DNA of 64,000 nucleotides from an uncultured Cardiobacteriales bacterium (GTDB lineage Bacteria; Pseudomonadota; Gammaproteobacteria; CAYWWW01): contig CAYWWW010000009.1 in the NCBI GenBank assembly GCA_964462205.1, positions 40,455-104,454 on the forward strand, read 5' to 3'. Positions 27,262-36,165 of this stretch are shown here, in pieces. Position 1 is the first letter of the stretch. Each line of letters opens with the position of its first letter. A program made the position numbers and the translations under genes. Under the pieces are notes generated by a model, which saw only the letters and a program-made list of their open reading frames with translations, was not told where the DNA came from and did no database searches.

Positions 27262-27804
27262 TTATGGGTTTTCCGTAAGATGTTTATGCAGAATTTTATA
27301 AGCGCGGTGTGCCGCGACTTTTACTGCCGATAAGGTCATACCGACTTGGTCGGCTACTTCTTGCGCGGTATAGCCTTCCTGATGCAGCAAATATAAGAGC
27401 ATTCGCGTTTTTTGCGGCAAAAGTGACAACAACTCTTGCATCAGTTCGGTCGGTAGATTCGGGTCATGATCTTCTTTGCCAAGACTTTCGGCAATGCTAT
27501 CCATATCAAGCCATTCCCGCTGTTTTTGCCGATAATTCCGTCGCAAATAATCCAGCAATTTTTTCTGCGTGATAGCAAAAAGCCACGGCCATAAAGGTCG
27601 TGAAAAATCATAGGTATGACGAATTTTATCAATAGTCAATAGCACTTCTTGCAAAACATCTTCGCTGTCGGAAAAATTTTGTAAACGGCGGCGTAAGTAC
27701 GGTTGTAAAATCTGCGCCACTTTTCGCAAAAAACACTCGTAAGCAACCTTATCCCCTTGCTGTGCTTGAAAAAACCAGGCAGTTAATTGATCTTCTTTTT
27801 TCAT
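27262..27804 (-). CDS. ECF (sigma-70 family) RNA polymerase sigma factor, SigF-like
   Basis: 180 aa with region 2 (DVLQEVLLTIDKI) and region 4 HTH (YTAQEVADQVGMTLSAVKVAAHRA). Confidence 0.8.
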   Translation of the reverse strand: MKKEDQLTAWFFQAQQGDKVAYECFLRKVAQILQPYLRRRLQNFSDSEDVLQEVLLTIDKIRHTYDFSRPLWPWLFAITQKKLLDYLRRNYRQKQREWLDMDSIAESLGKEDHDPNLPTELMQELLSLLPQKTRMLLYLLHQEGYTAQEVADQVGMTLSAVKVAAHRAYKILHKHLTENP

Positions 27805-27819
27805 CTTTTTTCCTGATGC

Positions 27820-27845
27820 GTAACGTTTTGCGAAGATGGCGCGAA
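27820..27845 (+). promoter_or_regulatory. second sigmaF-type promoter motif GTAACG-N16-CGAA upstream of doxX
   Basis: GTAACG at 27820-27825, a 16-nt spacer, then CGAA at 27842-27845, about 33 nt before the doxX ATG. Confidence 0.45.
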
Positions 27846-27878
27846 TAATAAACTGAATTAAACAGCAAGGGAAAAATT

Positions 27879-28331
27879 ATGACGATATTTGTGCGTTTAG
27901 AAGCGGTTCTTTCTTTTTATAGTCAATGGCTTGGTTTTTTAATCCATCCGGTTTTATTACTGATTCGTTTATGGTTGGCCAAGATTTTCTTTTTTTCAGG
28001 CTTAACCAAAATCGAAGACTTTGAAACCACGATGCTGTTATTTGAACACGAATACCAGGTGCCGCTGTTGCCGATTTGGTTTGCTGCGGGTTCGGCGACT
28101 TTTTTAGAATTGGTGATGCCGGTGCTGTTGGTATTGGGCTTGGGGACGCGCTTGGCGGTGCTGCCGTTGCTCATCATGGTTGCTGTTATTGAATTTACTT
28201 ATCAAAGCCATAGCGAGCATGTTTATTGGGCATTGCTTTTGGCGGTGTTATTGACACGCGGCAGTGGTTTTTTGAGTTTAGATGCGTTAGTGGCTTGGTT
28301 TTTTAATAAAAAAGTTAAGAGCACTGCTTAA
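27879..28331 (+). CDS. doxX: DoxX family membrane protein (BufD-like)
   Basis: 150 aa with 4 TM helices and a DoxX-like pattern. It belongs to the bufferin-cluster context. Confidence 0.65.
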   Translation: MTIFVRLEAVLSFYSQWLGFLIHPVLLLIRLWLAKIFFFSGLTKIEDFETTMLLFEHEYQVPLLPIWFAAGSATFLELVMPVLLVLGLGTRLAVLPLLIMVAVIEFTYQSHSEHVYWALLLAVLLTRGSGFLSLDALVAWFFNKKVKSTA

Positions 28332-28366
28332 ATTTTTTACTGAAACTTTGCTTTACATTTTAACGC

Positions 28367-29035
28367 TTAGACAATTTTTTGTGGATAAAGGCAAATATCC
28401 TTGACCAAACACTTGGCACAGTGTGGCTTACGCGCCGTGCAGGTATAACGGCCATGTAAAATCAACCAATGATGTGCTGATAAACGATAATTTTCTGGCA
28501 CTATTTTCAATAAGTTATCCTCGACTTCCCGCACATCCTTGCCAGGTGCCAAACCCGTGCGATTGCTTAAGCGAAAAATATGCGTATCCACGGCAATCGT
28601 CGGCTCGCCAAACGCCGTGTTTAACACCACATTGGCGGTTTTTCGACCCACGCCCGGCAAGGCTTCCAAATGTTGACGATTTCTCGGCACTTCGCCTTGA
28701 TGTTTTTCGATCAATAAAGCGGCTGTCGCTAAGACATGCTTGGCTTTATTGCGATACAGTCCAATGCTTTTAATATGCTCTTCAATGCCTTGCTGACCCA
28801 AATGTAAAATTTTTTCTGGGGTGTCAGCGCTGGCAAATAAGGTTTTGGTGGCCTGATTGACCGATTTATCGGTGGCTTGCGCCGATAAAATCACCGCAAC
28901 CAAGAGCGTAAACGGACTATGAAAAACCAACTCGGTTTGGGGATTGGGATGCGCCGCCGCCAGACGCGCAAAAAAGCTTTCCACAGCGGCAGGCGAGAGC
29001 ACCTCTGAAACGTCAGGGGTTGCTAAGGGTGACAT
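28367..29035 (-). CDS. nth: endonuclease III
   Basis: HhH-GPD motif (LPGVGRKTANVVL) and a C-terminal 4Fe-4S Cys cluster (C-x6-C-x2-C-x5-C). Confidence 0.9.
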   Translation of the reverse strand: MSPLATPDVSEVLSPAAVESFFARLAAAHPNPQTELVFHSPFTLLVAVILSAQATDKSVNQATKTLFASADTPEKILHLGQQGIEEHIKSIGLYRNKAKHVLATAALLIEKHQGEVPRNRQHLEALPGVGRKTANVVLNTAFGEPTIAVDTHIFRLSNRTGLAPGKDVREVEDNLLKIVPENYRLSAHHWLILHGRYTCTARKPHCAKCLVKDICLYPQKIV

Positions 29036-29084
29036 GGTTAGTTGGAAAAAAACCCGTCAATAAAAAATCTTTCACAGGCTTTGC

Positions 29085-29522
29085 TTAGGTGTGACGAAAA
29101 TAACCAATATCTGGCACAGCTTTACGCGGATTGGCTTCGGCTTCTTTGGCTAATACTTCGAGCAAATGATGATGTTTTTCTTCTAATTCGTGCATCGCTT
29201 CAGCGCTTAATTTTGGGAAAATCATATCGCGGATGACATCACCCAAATCACTCATACAGCTTGCCCAGTATTTATCTTTCAAATGAAAGTTTTCGTGCGC
29301 GTGGCTGCCGTAAGGATAACTTTTGAAATAAACGCCTTTGGCAGCATTGAGATCCGCGTCGTTCAAGATAAAATTTTTCGTCCATTCGTACCACCATTGA
29401 TAATATTTTTCTTGTCGTGCGGCATCCATGCCATGTTGTTCAAAAAACGCCGCCAAGGTCATGCGCGGTGCCAGGCCATAGCGCACACCCAAACGTGCAG
29501 CAAAAGGAAAATGTCCAGCCAT
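29085..29522 (-). CDS. hypothetical protein (145 aa, Trp/Tyr/His-rich, helical)
   Basis: ORF between rnfE and nth with no recognisable family; codon usage looks native. Confidence 0.3.
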   Translation of the reverse strand: MAGHFPFAARLGVRYGLAPRMTLAAFFEQHGMDAARQEKYYQWWYEWTKNFILNDADLNAAKGVYFKSYPYGSHAHENFHLKDKYWASCMSDLGDVIRDMIFPKLSAEAMHELEEKHHHLLEVLAKEAEANPRKAVPDIGYFRHT

Positions 29523-29582
29523 AAAAACTCCTGTTGTTGAATAAAAACAAAGATAAAAGAAAGGTCTAAAAAAGCCGCCAGT

Positions 29583-30293
29583 TTACTGACTTGTTGCCGC
29601 TGGTGCCAGTGCTGAGGCGGTTACGGCTGCCGGTACGGTTTGCACCTGGCGGCGTTGTTGCCGCAGCCGTTCCAGACGATTTTTCAAGGCAATCAACAAA
29701 GCCAAGGTCATAAAGGCACCTGGCGGCAAGACTGCTAATAAAAGCCCTTGATAATTTTCAAAAAAAGTTATCGTCCAAGTTTTTGCCGCCGCGCCAAATA
29801 AGACATCGGCATTGGCCAGCAGCGTCCCTTGTCCTAATAATTCCCGAATCATCCCTACAACCAGCAACACCAAAGCAAACCCTAAACCCATGAAAAGTCC
29901 GTCTAAAGCGGCTTTGGCTACCGGCTGACGGGAAGCAAAGGCTTCAGCGCGACCAATGATGCCGCAATTGGTGACAATCAGGCCAACAAAAACGCCAAGC
30001 GCAAGATATAGTTCATAAAAATAAGAACTCATCCACAGTTGAATCACCGTCACTGTTGCGGCAATCAATAACACAAATACCGGCAGGCGGATTTCCGGTC
30101 GTAAGCGATGTCGCACCAGAGAAATCAAGGTATTGGAAATAAGCAAGGTCAAAACCGTTGCTATGCCTAAACCTAAGGCATTGACGGTGCTGGTGGTCAC
30201 GGCCATCAACGGACAAAGACCAAGCAATTGCACCAAGCCAATGTTGTTGTTCCATAAACCATTATGAACGATTTCTTTGTAACTACTTTCCAT
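29583..30293 (-). CDS. rnfE: Rnf electron transport complex subunit E
   Basis: [24 protein letters not shown] is the RnfE/RsxE signature. Start taken at the internal Met. Confidence 0.85.
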   Translation of the reverse strand: MESSYKEIVHNGLWNNNIGLVQLLGLCPLMAVTTSTVNALGLGIATVLTLLISNTLISLVRHRLRPEIRLPVFVLLIAATVTVIQLWMSSYFYELYLALGVFVGLIVTNCGIIGRAEAFASRQPVAKAALDGLFMGLGFALVLLVVGMIRELLGQGTLLANADVLFGAAAKTWTITFFENYQGLLLAVLPPGAFMTLALLIALKNRLERLRQQRRQVQTVPAAVTASALAPAATSQ

Positions 30294-30966
30294 TTTTTTC
30301 CGCTCCTGCCTTGCTTTCGTTTTCTGCACTTGCTACTTGCGTCAAAAATTTGTCCTCTAACTGCTTTTTTTCTAAAGCAAAATAATCCAGCGCTGATTTC
30401 ACCGCACCAACAACGGCGCGTGGCGTAATGGTCGCGCCGGTAAAGGCGGCAAAATCGCCGCCATCTTTTTTCACGGCAAAGCGCGTATTGTCAAGATTTT
30501 TACCGTTAAAACTATAAATCCAATCGGATTTTCTTTCCTCTATCGGGTCGCCCAAACCAGGTGTTTCCTGATGCGACAGCACCCGCACGCCTTGCAAAAC
30601 GCCAGCTTTATCCATGCCAATCAATAAGCGAATGGCACCGTTGTAACCGTTTGGCGCAGTAGCTTCAAGAATAACCCCTTGAAATTCTTTATTTTTACTA
30701 ACAAAATAGGCCGTTGTCGGCGCTTTTTGTCCCAATAAGTCCGCCGCTGGCAAGACAAAAGGAGTTTTTTCTAAGGTTCCATCGGGGTCGGGGAAAACAC
30801 TTTTTAATTGCGCCAGCAAGACCTGCTGAATATTTTCAGCAATCTGCGCCCGCGTGAGCACCTGCGTCAGGCTCAATAAAAAAACCGCCAGCGCCGTAAA
30901 CAAGGCCAGCAAAAACGCCGCTTGGAAAGCTGGCCACTGCCAAAAGGCTAAAGTTTTTTTCGCCAT
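30283..30966 (-). CDS. rnfG: Rnf complex subunit G (FMN-binding)
   Basis: 227 aa with an N-terminal TM and FMN-binding-domain pattern. Position between rnfD and rnfE. Confidence 0.8.
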   Translation of the reverse strand: MAKKTLAFWQWPAFQAAFLLALFTALAVFLLSLTQVLTRAQIAENIQQVLLAQLKSVFPDPDGTLEKTPFVLPAADLLGQKAPTTAYFVSKNKEFQGVILEATAPNGYNGAIRLLIGMDKAGVLQGVRVLSHQETPGLGDPIEERKSDWIYSFNGKNLDNTRFAVKKDGGDFAAFTGATITPRAVVGAVKSALDYFALEKKQLEDKFLTQVASAENESKAGAEKNGK

Positions 30967-30968
30967 GG

Positions 30969-31907
30969 TTAGGAATCAACAGAAGTTTTTCGCCGCGACT
31001 CGCCATAAGCCAAGGGTCGGGTGTAGCGGTCTAAGAGTGGCACGCAGAGATTGGCCAGCAACACCGCAAAGGCCACGCCATCGGGATAGCCGCCAAAACT
31101 ACGAATAATCACCAAGAGCATCCCAATGAGCAAACCATAAAGCCACTGGCCGAGCGGCGTGGTGCTGGCCGACACTGGGTCGGTGGCGATAAAAAAGGCC
31201 GCTAAGAGCGTACTTGGCAGCAATAAATGCCATAGCGGACTTTGGTAACTTTCTGAATTGATTAAATAAATAACTAAGGAACTGAAAAAAACTCCCAAGA
31301 GCAACGCCATCGGAATGCGCCAGCGAATCACCCGCCAATAGAGCATCAGTAAGCCGCCGACCAGATAGGCCAAAGCCACACCACTAAAAGCTAAGCCAAC
31401 TTCTGCACTGATCGGCAAACCCTGCCGCGCTGCATCCAAAGGCGTGGCACCGCTGACACCATCAAAAGGCAGGTACGGGATGAGCCATTGCGTCATCGCC
31501 TGCGGGAAAGAAATCAAGAGCGCCGCGTAGCCGACCATCGCTGGATTAAACGGATTAAAACCCAGGCCACCATAAAGCTGTTTAGCAAAGACAATCGCAA
31601 AAAAACTGCCCAAGGCGCACAACCACCAAGCGCTCTCTGGCGGCAACGATAAGGCCAACAACCAAGCCGTCACCAAAGCGCTGCTGTCGGCCAAATGGAG
31701 TTTTATCGGTCTTTGGCGCAACCACAGAAGCCAGGCTTCTAAGCCTAAAGAAAAAACGCTGCACCAGAAAATATTTTCGAGAATACCGACACCAAAAAAC
31801 CAGGCATAGACCAAAATCCCCGGCAGCAGCGCCCAGAGCAAGCGCCGCATCACCCAGTACACCGGCTTGGCAGCATGGAGATGCGGCGAACTAGGCAACA
31901 TCGCCAT
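30969..31907 (-). CDS. rnfD: Rnf complex subunit D
   Basis: 312 aa polytopic membrane protein of the NqrB/RnfD family, in operon position. Confidence 0.8.
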   Translation of the reverse strand: MAMLPSSPHLHAAKPVYWVMRRLLWALLPGILVYAWFFGVGILENIFWCSVFSLGLEAWLLWLRQRPIKLHLADSSALVTAWLLALSLPPESAWWLCALGSFFAIVFAKQLYGGLGFNPFNPAMVGYAALLISFPQAMTQWLIPYLPFDGVSGATPLDAARQGLPISAEVGLAFSGVALAYLVGGLLMLYWRVIRWRIPMALLLGVFFSSLVIYLINSESYQSPLWHLLLPSTLLAAFFIATDPVSASTTPLGQWLYGLLIGMLLVIIRSFGGYPDGVAFAVLLANLCVPLLDRYTRPLAYGESRRKTSVDS

Positions 31908-33501
31908 CGCCTGCCTCCGATTTAACGGTAGCCTGTTCGGCTTTTTTAGCCCGCACCCGCGCCAATGCCTCTTGAATCGCCTGTTGTTTGGCCTCGTCGC
32001 TGGCTTGTTGTTCTTCTAAAGTGCGCCGTTTGGCCGCTAATTTGGCTTCACGCTCAGCTTTTTCCTGCGCCAGCCGTTCTTTGCGAAATTCAAAACGCGC
32101 TTTGGCGACTTGCGCTTGCTGCTTATCCCGATATTGCTGACTAACCTCTTGTTTTGCCGCACGATAATACTGTACCAAGGGAATATGACTCGGACAAACA
32201 TAGGCACAAGCACCGCATTCAATGCAATCAAACAGACGATTTTCTGTTGCTGCTTCCAAATCCCGCGCCCGGCTATGCCAATACAACTGCTGCGGCAGCA
32301 ATTTGGCTGGACACACTTCCATACAAGCACCACAGCGAATACACGGCAGTTCCGGCGCTGCGGCTTGTTCCGGCAACAGCAAAACGCAATTCGTGCCTTT
32401 GACCACCGGCACCGCCATGCTTTCCACCGCAAAACCATTCAAAGGACCGCCCATGATCACCCGCTGTCTGCCAGGCAATGCGCCACCCGCAGCGGCAATG
32501 ACTTCGGCAAAAGGCGTACCCAACAGCACCTGAAAATTGCCTGGCCGTTGCACCGCGCCGCTGACCGTCACCACCCGCGACAACAGCGGCTTTTGCCATA
32601 ATACCGCCTCGGCAATCGCCGCCACCGTGGCCACATTGAGGCCAATAACCCCCAAACTGCTGGCATGTCGACCGCTCGGGACTTCTTTACCGGTCAATTG
32701 ATAGATGAGTTGTTTTTCGCCACCGGCTGGATATACCGTTGGCACAACTTTAATTTTTAAGGGTAAATGGGAAAATTCTTTGCTTTTAAATGCCTGACGC
32801 AACGCCTGAAGCGCTTGCGGTTTATTGGTTTCAATGCCGAGTAAAAATTGCTGCGGTTGCAATAGCCTTTGCAGCACGGCAATGCCAAGCAACACGGCAT
32901 CGGGATGCTCCTGTAAAAAACGGTCATCACAAGTGATGTACGGCTCGCATTCGGCGGCATTGATAATCACGGTGTGCAAGGGATTGCTGGCATTGACTTT
33001 GACGCTGGTTGGAAAGGCTGCGCCGCCCAAACCGACGATGCCAGCATCACGAATACGTTGCCGCAACAGACTCGGCGGCTGAGTTTGCCACTGACAACAA
33101 AATTGCAATGCGGTCTGCCAACGGTCTTCGCGATCGGGTTCCAACACCAAGCAAGGTGCCGTTAAACCAGAAGGATGCGGTACGGGTCGGTCTTCAATGG
33201 CGATAATTTTCCCCGAAGTCGGCGCATGAACATGCGCGCTGATATAGCCGCTTGCCGTGGCCAAGCGCTGGCCTTTGCCAACGATTTCCCCGACCGCCAC
33301 CTCCGGCACTGCCGCCTGACCGATATGCTGTTTTAATGGCAAAATCAAAACCTTCGGCAGTGGAATGCTTTGAATGGGTGTTTGATTCGACAAGGTTTTT
33401 TGGTCATCGGGATGAATACCAGCGGGCAACGGCCAAATATTAGCCGCTTGTCCCGGCAAAGCCAACTGACTAAAAAAATTGAAAAAATTACTTTTAGCCA
33501 T
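31891..33501 (-). CDS. rnfC: Rnf complex subunit C (NADH-binding, 2x 4Fe-4S)
   Basis: Two CxxCxxCxxxCP ferredoxin motifs and an Ala/Glu/Lys-rich C-terminal tail. Start at the internal Met (MAKSNFF...). Confidence 0.85.
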   Translation of the reverse strand: MAKSNFFNFFSQLALPGQAANIWPLPAGIHPDDQKTLSNQTPIQSIPLPKVLILPLKQHIGQAAVPEVAVGEIVGKGQRLATASGYISAHVHAPTSGKIIAIEDRPVPHPSGLTAPCLVLEPDREDRWQTALQFCCQWQTQPPSLLRQRIRDAGIVGLGGAAFPTSVKVNASNPLHTVIINAAECEPYITCDDRFLQEHPDAVLLGIAVLQRLLQPQQFLLGIETNKPQALQALRQAFKSKEFSHLPLKIKVVPTVYPAGGEKQLIYQLTGKEVPSGRHASSLGVIGLNVATVAAIAEAVLWQKPLLSRVVTVSGAVQRPGNFQVLLGTPFAEVIAAAGGALPGRQRVIMGGPLNGFAVESMAVPVVKGTNCVLLLPEQAAAPELPCIRCGACMEVCPAKLLPQQLYWHSRARDLEAATENRLFDCIECGACAYVCPSHIPLVQYYRAAKQEVSQQYRDKQQAQVAKARFEFRKERLAQEKAEREAKLAAKRRTLEEQQASDEAKQQAIQEALARVRAKKAEQATVKSEAGDGDVA

Positions 33502-34090
33502 GATTCGCATCAACGGCAGGCGGCAAACTATGGGCAGAGGCATTGGCAAGCGGCTGCGGATACTCCCAACGCCAATTGTCGATAGTTACTGCCAAAGGCT
33601 GCATATAAATGCAATCCACCGGACAGGCTGGTACGCAGAGTTCGCAGCCAGTACATTCCTGCGGCAACACCGAGTGCATGAGTTTTGCCGCGCCCAAAAT
33701 AGCATCCACCGGACACGCCTGAATGCAGCGCGTACAACCGATACAGATATCTTCATCAATCCAGGCGACTTGCTTCGGCTTTGGCGTACCGCGTTCGGCA
33801 TCTAAAGGCTTAAATTCCTTATCTAAAAAATCGGCCAAAGCGCGAATCGTCGCCTCGCCACCAGGCGGACAGCGGTTAATGTCAGCCTCGCCTTTGGCCA
33901 TGGCTTCGGCATACGGGCGACAACCGGCAAAACCGCATTGACCACATTGGGTTTGCGGCAACAAGGCATCTATTTGATCTGCTAAAGGATTATCAGCACG
34001 CTGTAATTTTTCTTGGGCAAAACCAAGTATCGCACCCAAAAGCAAAGCCAAGCCGGTAAACAATAAAGTGGTAAAAAGAATTTCATTCAT
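33494..34090 (-). CDS. rnfB: Rnf complex subunit B (ferredoxin-like)
   Basis: 198 aa with an N-terminal TM and multiple Cys clusters ([33 protein letters not shown]). Confidence 0.85.
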   Translation of the reverse strand: MNEILFTTLLFTGLALLLGAILGFAQEKLQRADNPLADQIDALLPQTQCGQCGFAGCRPYAEAMAKGEADINRCPPGGEATIRALADFLDKEFKPLDAERGTPKPKQVAWIDEDICIGCTRCIQACPVDAILGAAKLMHSVLPQECTGCELCVPACPVDCIYMQPLAVTIDNWRWEYPQPLANASAHSLPPAVDANHG

Positions 34091-34668
34091 GTTGGCAATA
34101 ATCCTGAAAAACCCATAAAAGCCAAGGCCATTAGACCTGCCGTCAACAGCGCTATCGCCGCGCCTTGAAAATCCTTGGGCACATCAGCGACCGCCAAGCG
34201 CTCGCGTATGGCGGCAAACAAGACCATCACCAAAGAAAAGCCAACGGCGGCACCAAAACCATAGAGTGCAGATGACAGAAGATTATGATCTTCTTGAACA
34301 TTTAATAAAGCCACGCCCAAAACCGCGCAATTGGTGGTGATCAACGGCAGAAAAATTCCCAAAACGCTGTAAAGCAAGGGACTCACTTTATGAATAAACA
34401 TCTCGGTGAGTTGCACCACAGCGGCAATCGCCACAATAAAAGCAATCAGTTTTAGATATTCCAACTGCAAAGGCAGTAGCAAATATTCATAAAGCAAATA
34501 ACTGACCACTGAAGATAAAGTTAAAACAAAAGTCGTGGCCAAACCCATGCCGATAGCGGTTTCCAGTTTGCGCGAGACGCCCATAAACGGACACAAACCC
34601 AAAAACTTCACCAAAACAAAGTTATTGACCAAAATGGTGCCGAGCAAAATAAAAAAGTATTCGGACAT
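34087..34668 (-). CDS. rnfA: Rnf complex subunit A
   Basis: 193 aa, NqrDE/RnfAE family membrane protein, first gene of the operon. Confidence 0.85.
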   Translation of the reverse strand: MSEYFFILLGTILVNNFVLVKFLGLCPFMGVSRKLETAIGMGLATTFVLTLSSVVSYLLYEYLLLPLQLEYLKLIAFIVAIAAVVQLTEMFIHKVSPLLYSVLGIFLPLITTNCAVLGVALLNVQEDHNLLSSALYGFGAAVGFSLVMVLFAAIRERLAVADVPKDFQGAAIALLTAGLMALAFMGFSGLLPT

Positions 34669-34721
34669 GGTGTTTAAGAATAACTATCTAAAAAATAAAA
34701 AATACCGGCGCATAGCTAACG

Positions 34722-34967
34722 TCAATGCCTACCTGCCAATAAACCGGCAACACGCAAATCTTCGTCAAGATCAGGCCAATGAATTCCCTCGCCATTTCCC
34801 AAAAGCTCCCAGTTTTGCAATTGTTCTTTTGAAGCATTACATAAACGGGGAAACCAAGTGAGGGGAACCGTCAGGGTGCGACCGTCTGCCAGATCAACCA
34901 CAAGCGCCTGATCTGTGCATTGCACACGGCGTGCTTGCGGTTGAAGGTCAACTGCCAAAGTATTCAT
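34722..34967 (-). CDS. DUF2442 domain protein (orphan)
   Basis: 81 aa; LADGRTLTVPLTWFPRL...GIHWPDLDEDL matches the DUF2442 pattern. No DUF4160 partner lies adjacent. Confidence 0.55.
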   Translation of the reverse strand: MNTLAVDLQPQARRVQCTDQALVVDLADGRTLTVPLTWFPRLCNASKEQLQNWELLGNGEGIHWPDLDEDLRVAGLLAGRH

Positions 34968-35110
34968 GCCAAGCCTCCAAAAAATTTGAAATAACAGGCT
35001 ATTCAGACATCATTGCCAATAAAAAATATCGCTTCACTATGCAAAAGCCCTATCTATCTGACAAGCGCAGAAAATGCAGGCGCAACGGCCTGCATGCGGA
35101 TGAAAAGAAA

Positions 35111-36127
35111 TTAAGCGACCGGCATGATTTTGGTCATACTGCTGGCATAGAGGTAAATCGTGTAACCGATAAAAATCAATAAAAACAATGCGCCATGCAC
35201 ACGATTGATACTTCTGAAGACCCAAGCAAAAATAAATAACAACACCGCCAGCAGCAAAGAAAGCGGATAATCCCGCCAAATAATTGCTGTATTGAAAGCC
35301 CCAGGTGCGAGTAAAGCCGGCATGGCAACTACTGCCAAAGTATTGAAAATATTTGAGCCAACGATATTGCCGACCACTAAATCCGGTTCTTTACGGAAGG
35401 CCGCTGCCAAAGCCGCTGCCAATTCCGGCAGACTCGTGCCAATGGCCACCACAGTTAGGCCAATCACCAATTCACTGACGCCTAAATCCGTGGCGATTTT
35501 TACCGAACCAGTTATTAAAATTTTTGCGCTAAGAATCAATAAAATGCCGCCAACGAGAATCCAAATAACCGCCATGAACAAGTGCATAGTCTTTTCCAAG
35601 GCTTCTTCGGCTTCGGCTTCTAGAGCATCATTTTTATTAGTGATGGCATCCCAAAGCAAAAAAACTAAAACCGCCACCAAACCAAGCACTAAAGCCAAAC
35701 CATCGAGGGTGGTTAATTGGCCATCCAAAAACAACAAAAAGGCGCTAAAAATTACCACCAGCATCAGAATAAATTCTTTACGCACAATTGCCGAGCGCAC
35801 CGGAATGACCGCCATCAAGGCCGTTAAACCAATAATCAAGGCGATATTGGTGATATTAGAACCGATAGCATTGCCAATACCCAAATCCCGTTCACCGGCC
35901 AAAGCGGCACTCGCCGAGACAAACATCTCCGGCATTGAGGTGCCAAAACCCACGACAATCAAGCCAATAATCAATACCGGCACCCCCAAGCTGCGGGCAG
36001 CCGAGGCGCTACCGGCAATAAAACGGTCGGCACTGAACATCAACAAGGCCAAACCAACCACCAAAGCGATCACCGCAGTTAATGTTGATGTTTCGATCAA
36101 AGCAAATGCTTGTACTAAAAGTTCCAT
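35111..36127 (-). CDS. Ca2+/cation antiporter (CaCA, YrbG-like Na+/Ca2+ exchanger family)
   Basis: 338 aa with two alpha-repeat motifs (GTSMPE...GNAIGSNI; GTSLPE...GNIVGSNIFN). Confidence 0.8.
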   Translation of the reverse strand: MELLVQAFALIETSTLTAVIALVVGLALLMFSADRFIAGSASAARSLGVPVLIIGLIVVGFGTSMPEMFVSASAALAGERDLGIGNAIGSNITNIALIIGLTALMAVIPVRSAIVRKEFILMLVVIFSAFLLFLDGQLTTLDGLALVLGLVAVLVFLLWDAITNKNDALEAEAEEALEKTMHLFMAVIWILVGGILLILSAKILITGSVKIATDLGVSELVIGLTVVAIGTSLPELAAALAAAFRKEPDLVVGNIVGSNIFNTLAVVAMPALLAPGAFNTAIIWRDYPLSLLLAVLLFIFAWVFRSINRVHGALFLLIFIGYTIYLYASSMTKIMPVA

Positions 36128-36165
36128 AAATTTCCTTATCTTACATTTATAAATTTGAGATAAAT

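Noticed and set aside
32037-32601. Cluster of 80-160-aa ORFs on both strands within rnfC
   Set aside because: They overlap the conserved rnfC coding frame, and their Arg/Cys-rich junk translations mark them as spurious.
35292-36152. 286-aa plus-strand ORF
   Set aside because: Antisense to the CaCA antiporter gene; an Ala/Lys/Thr low-complexity product with no start context.
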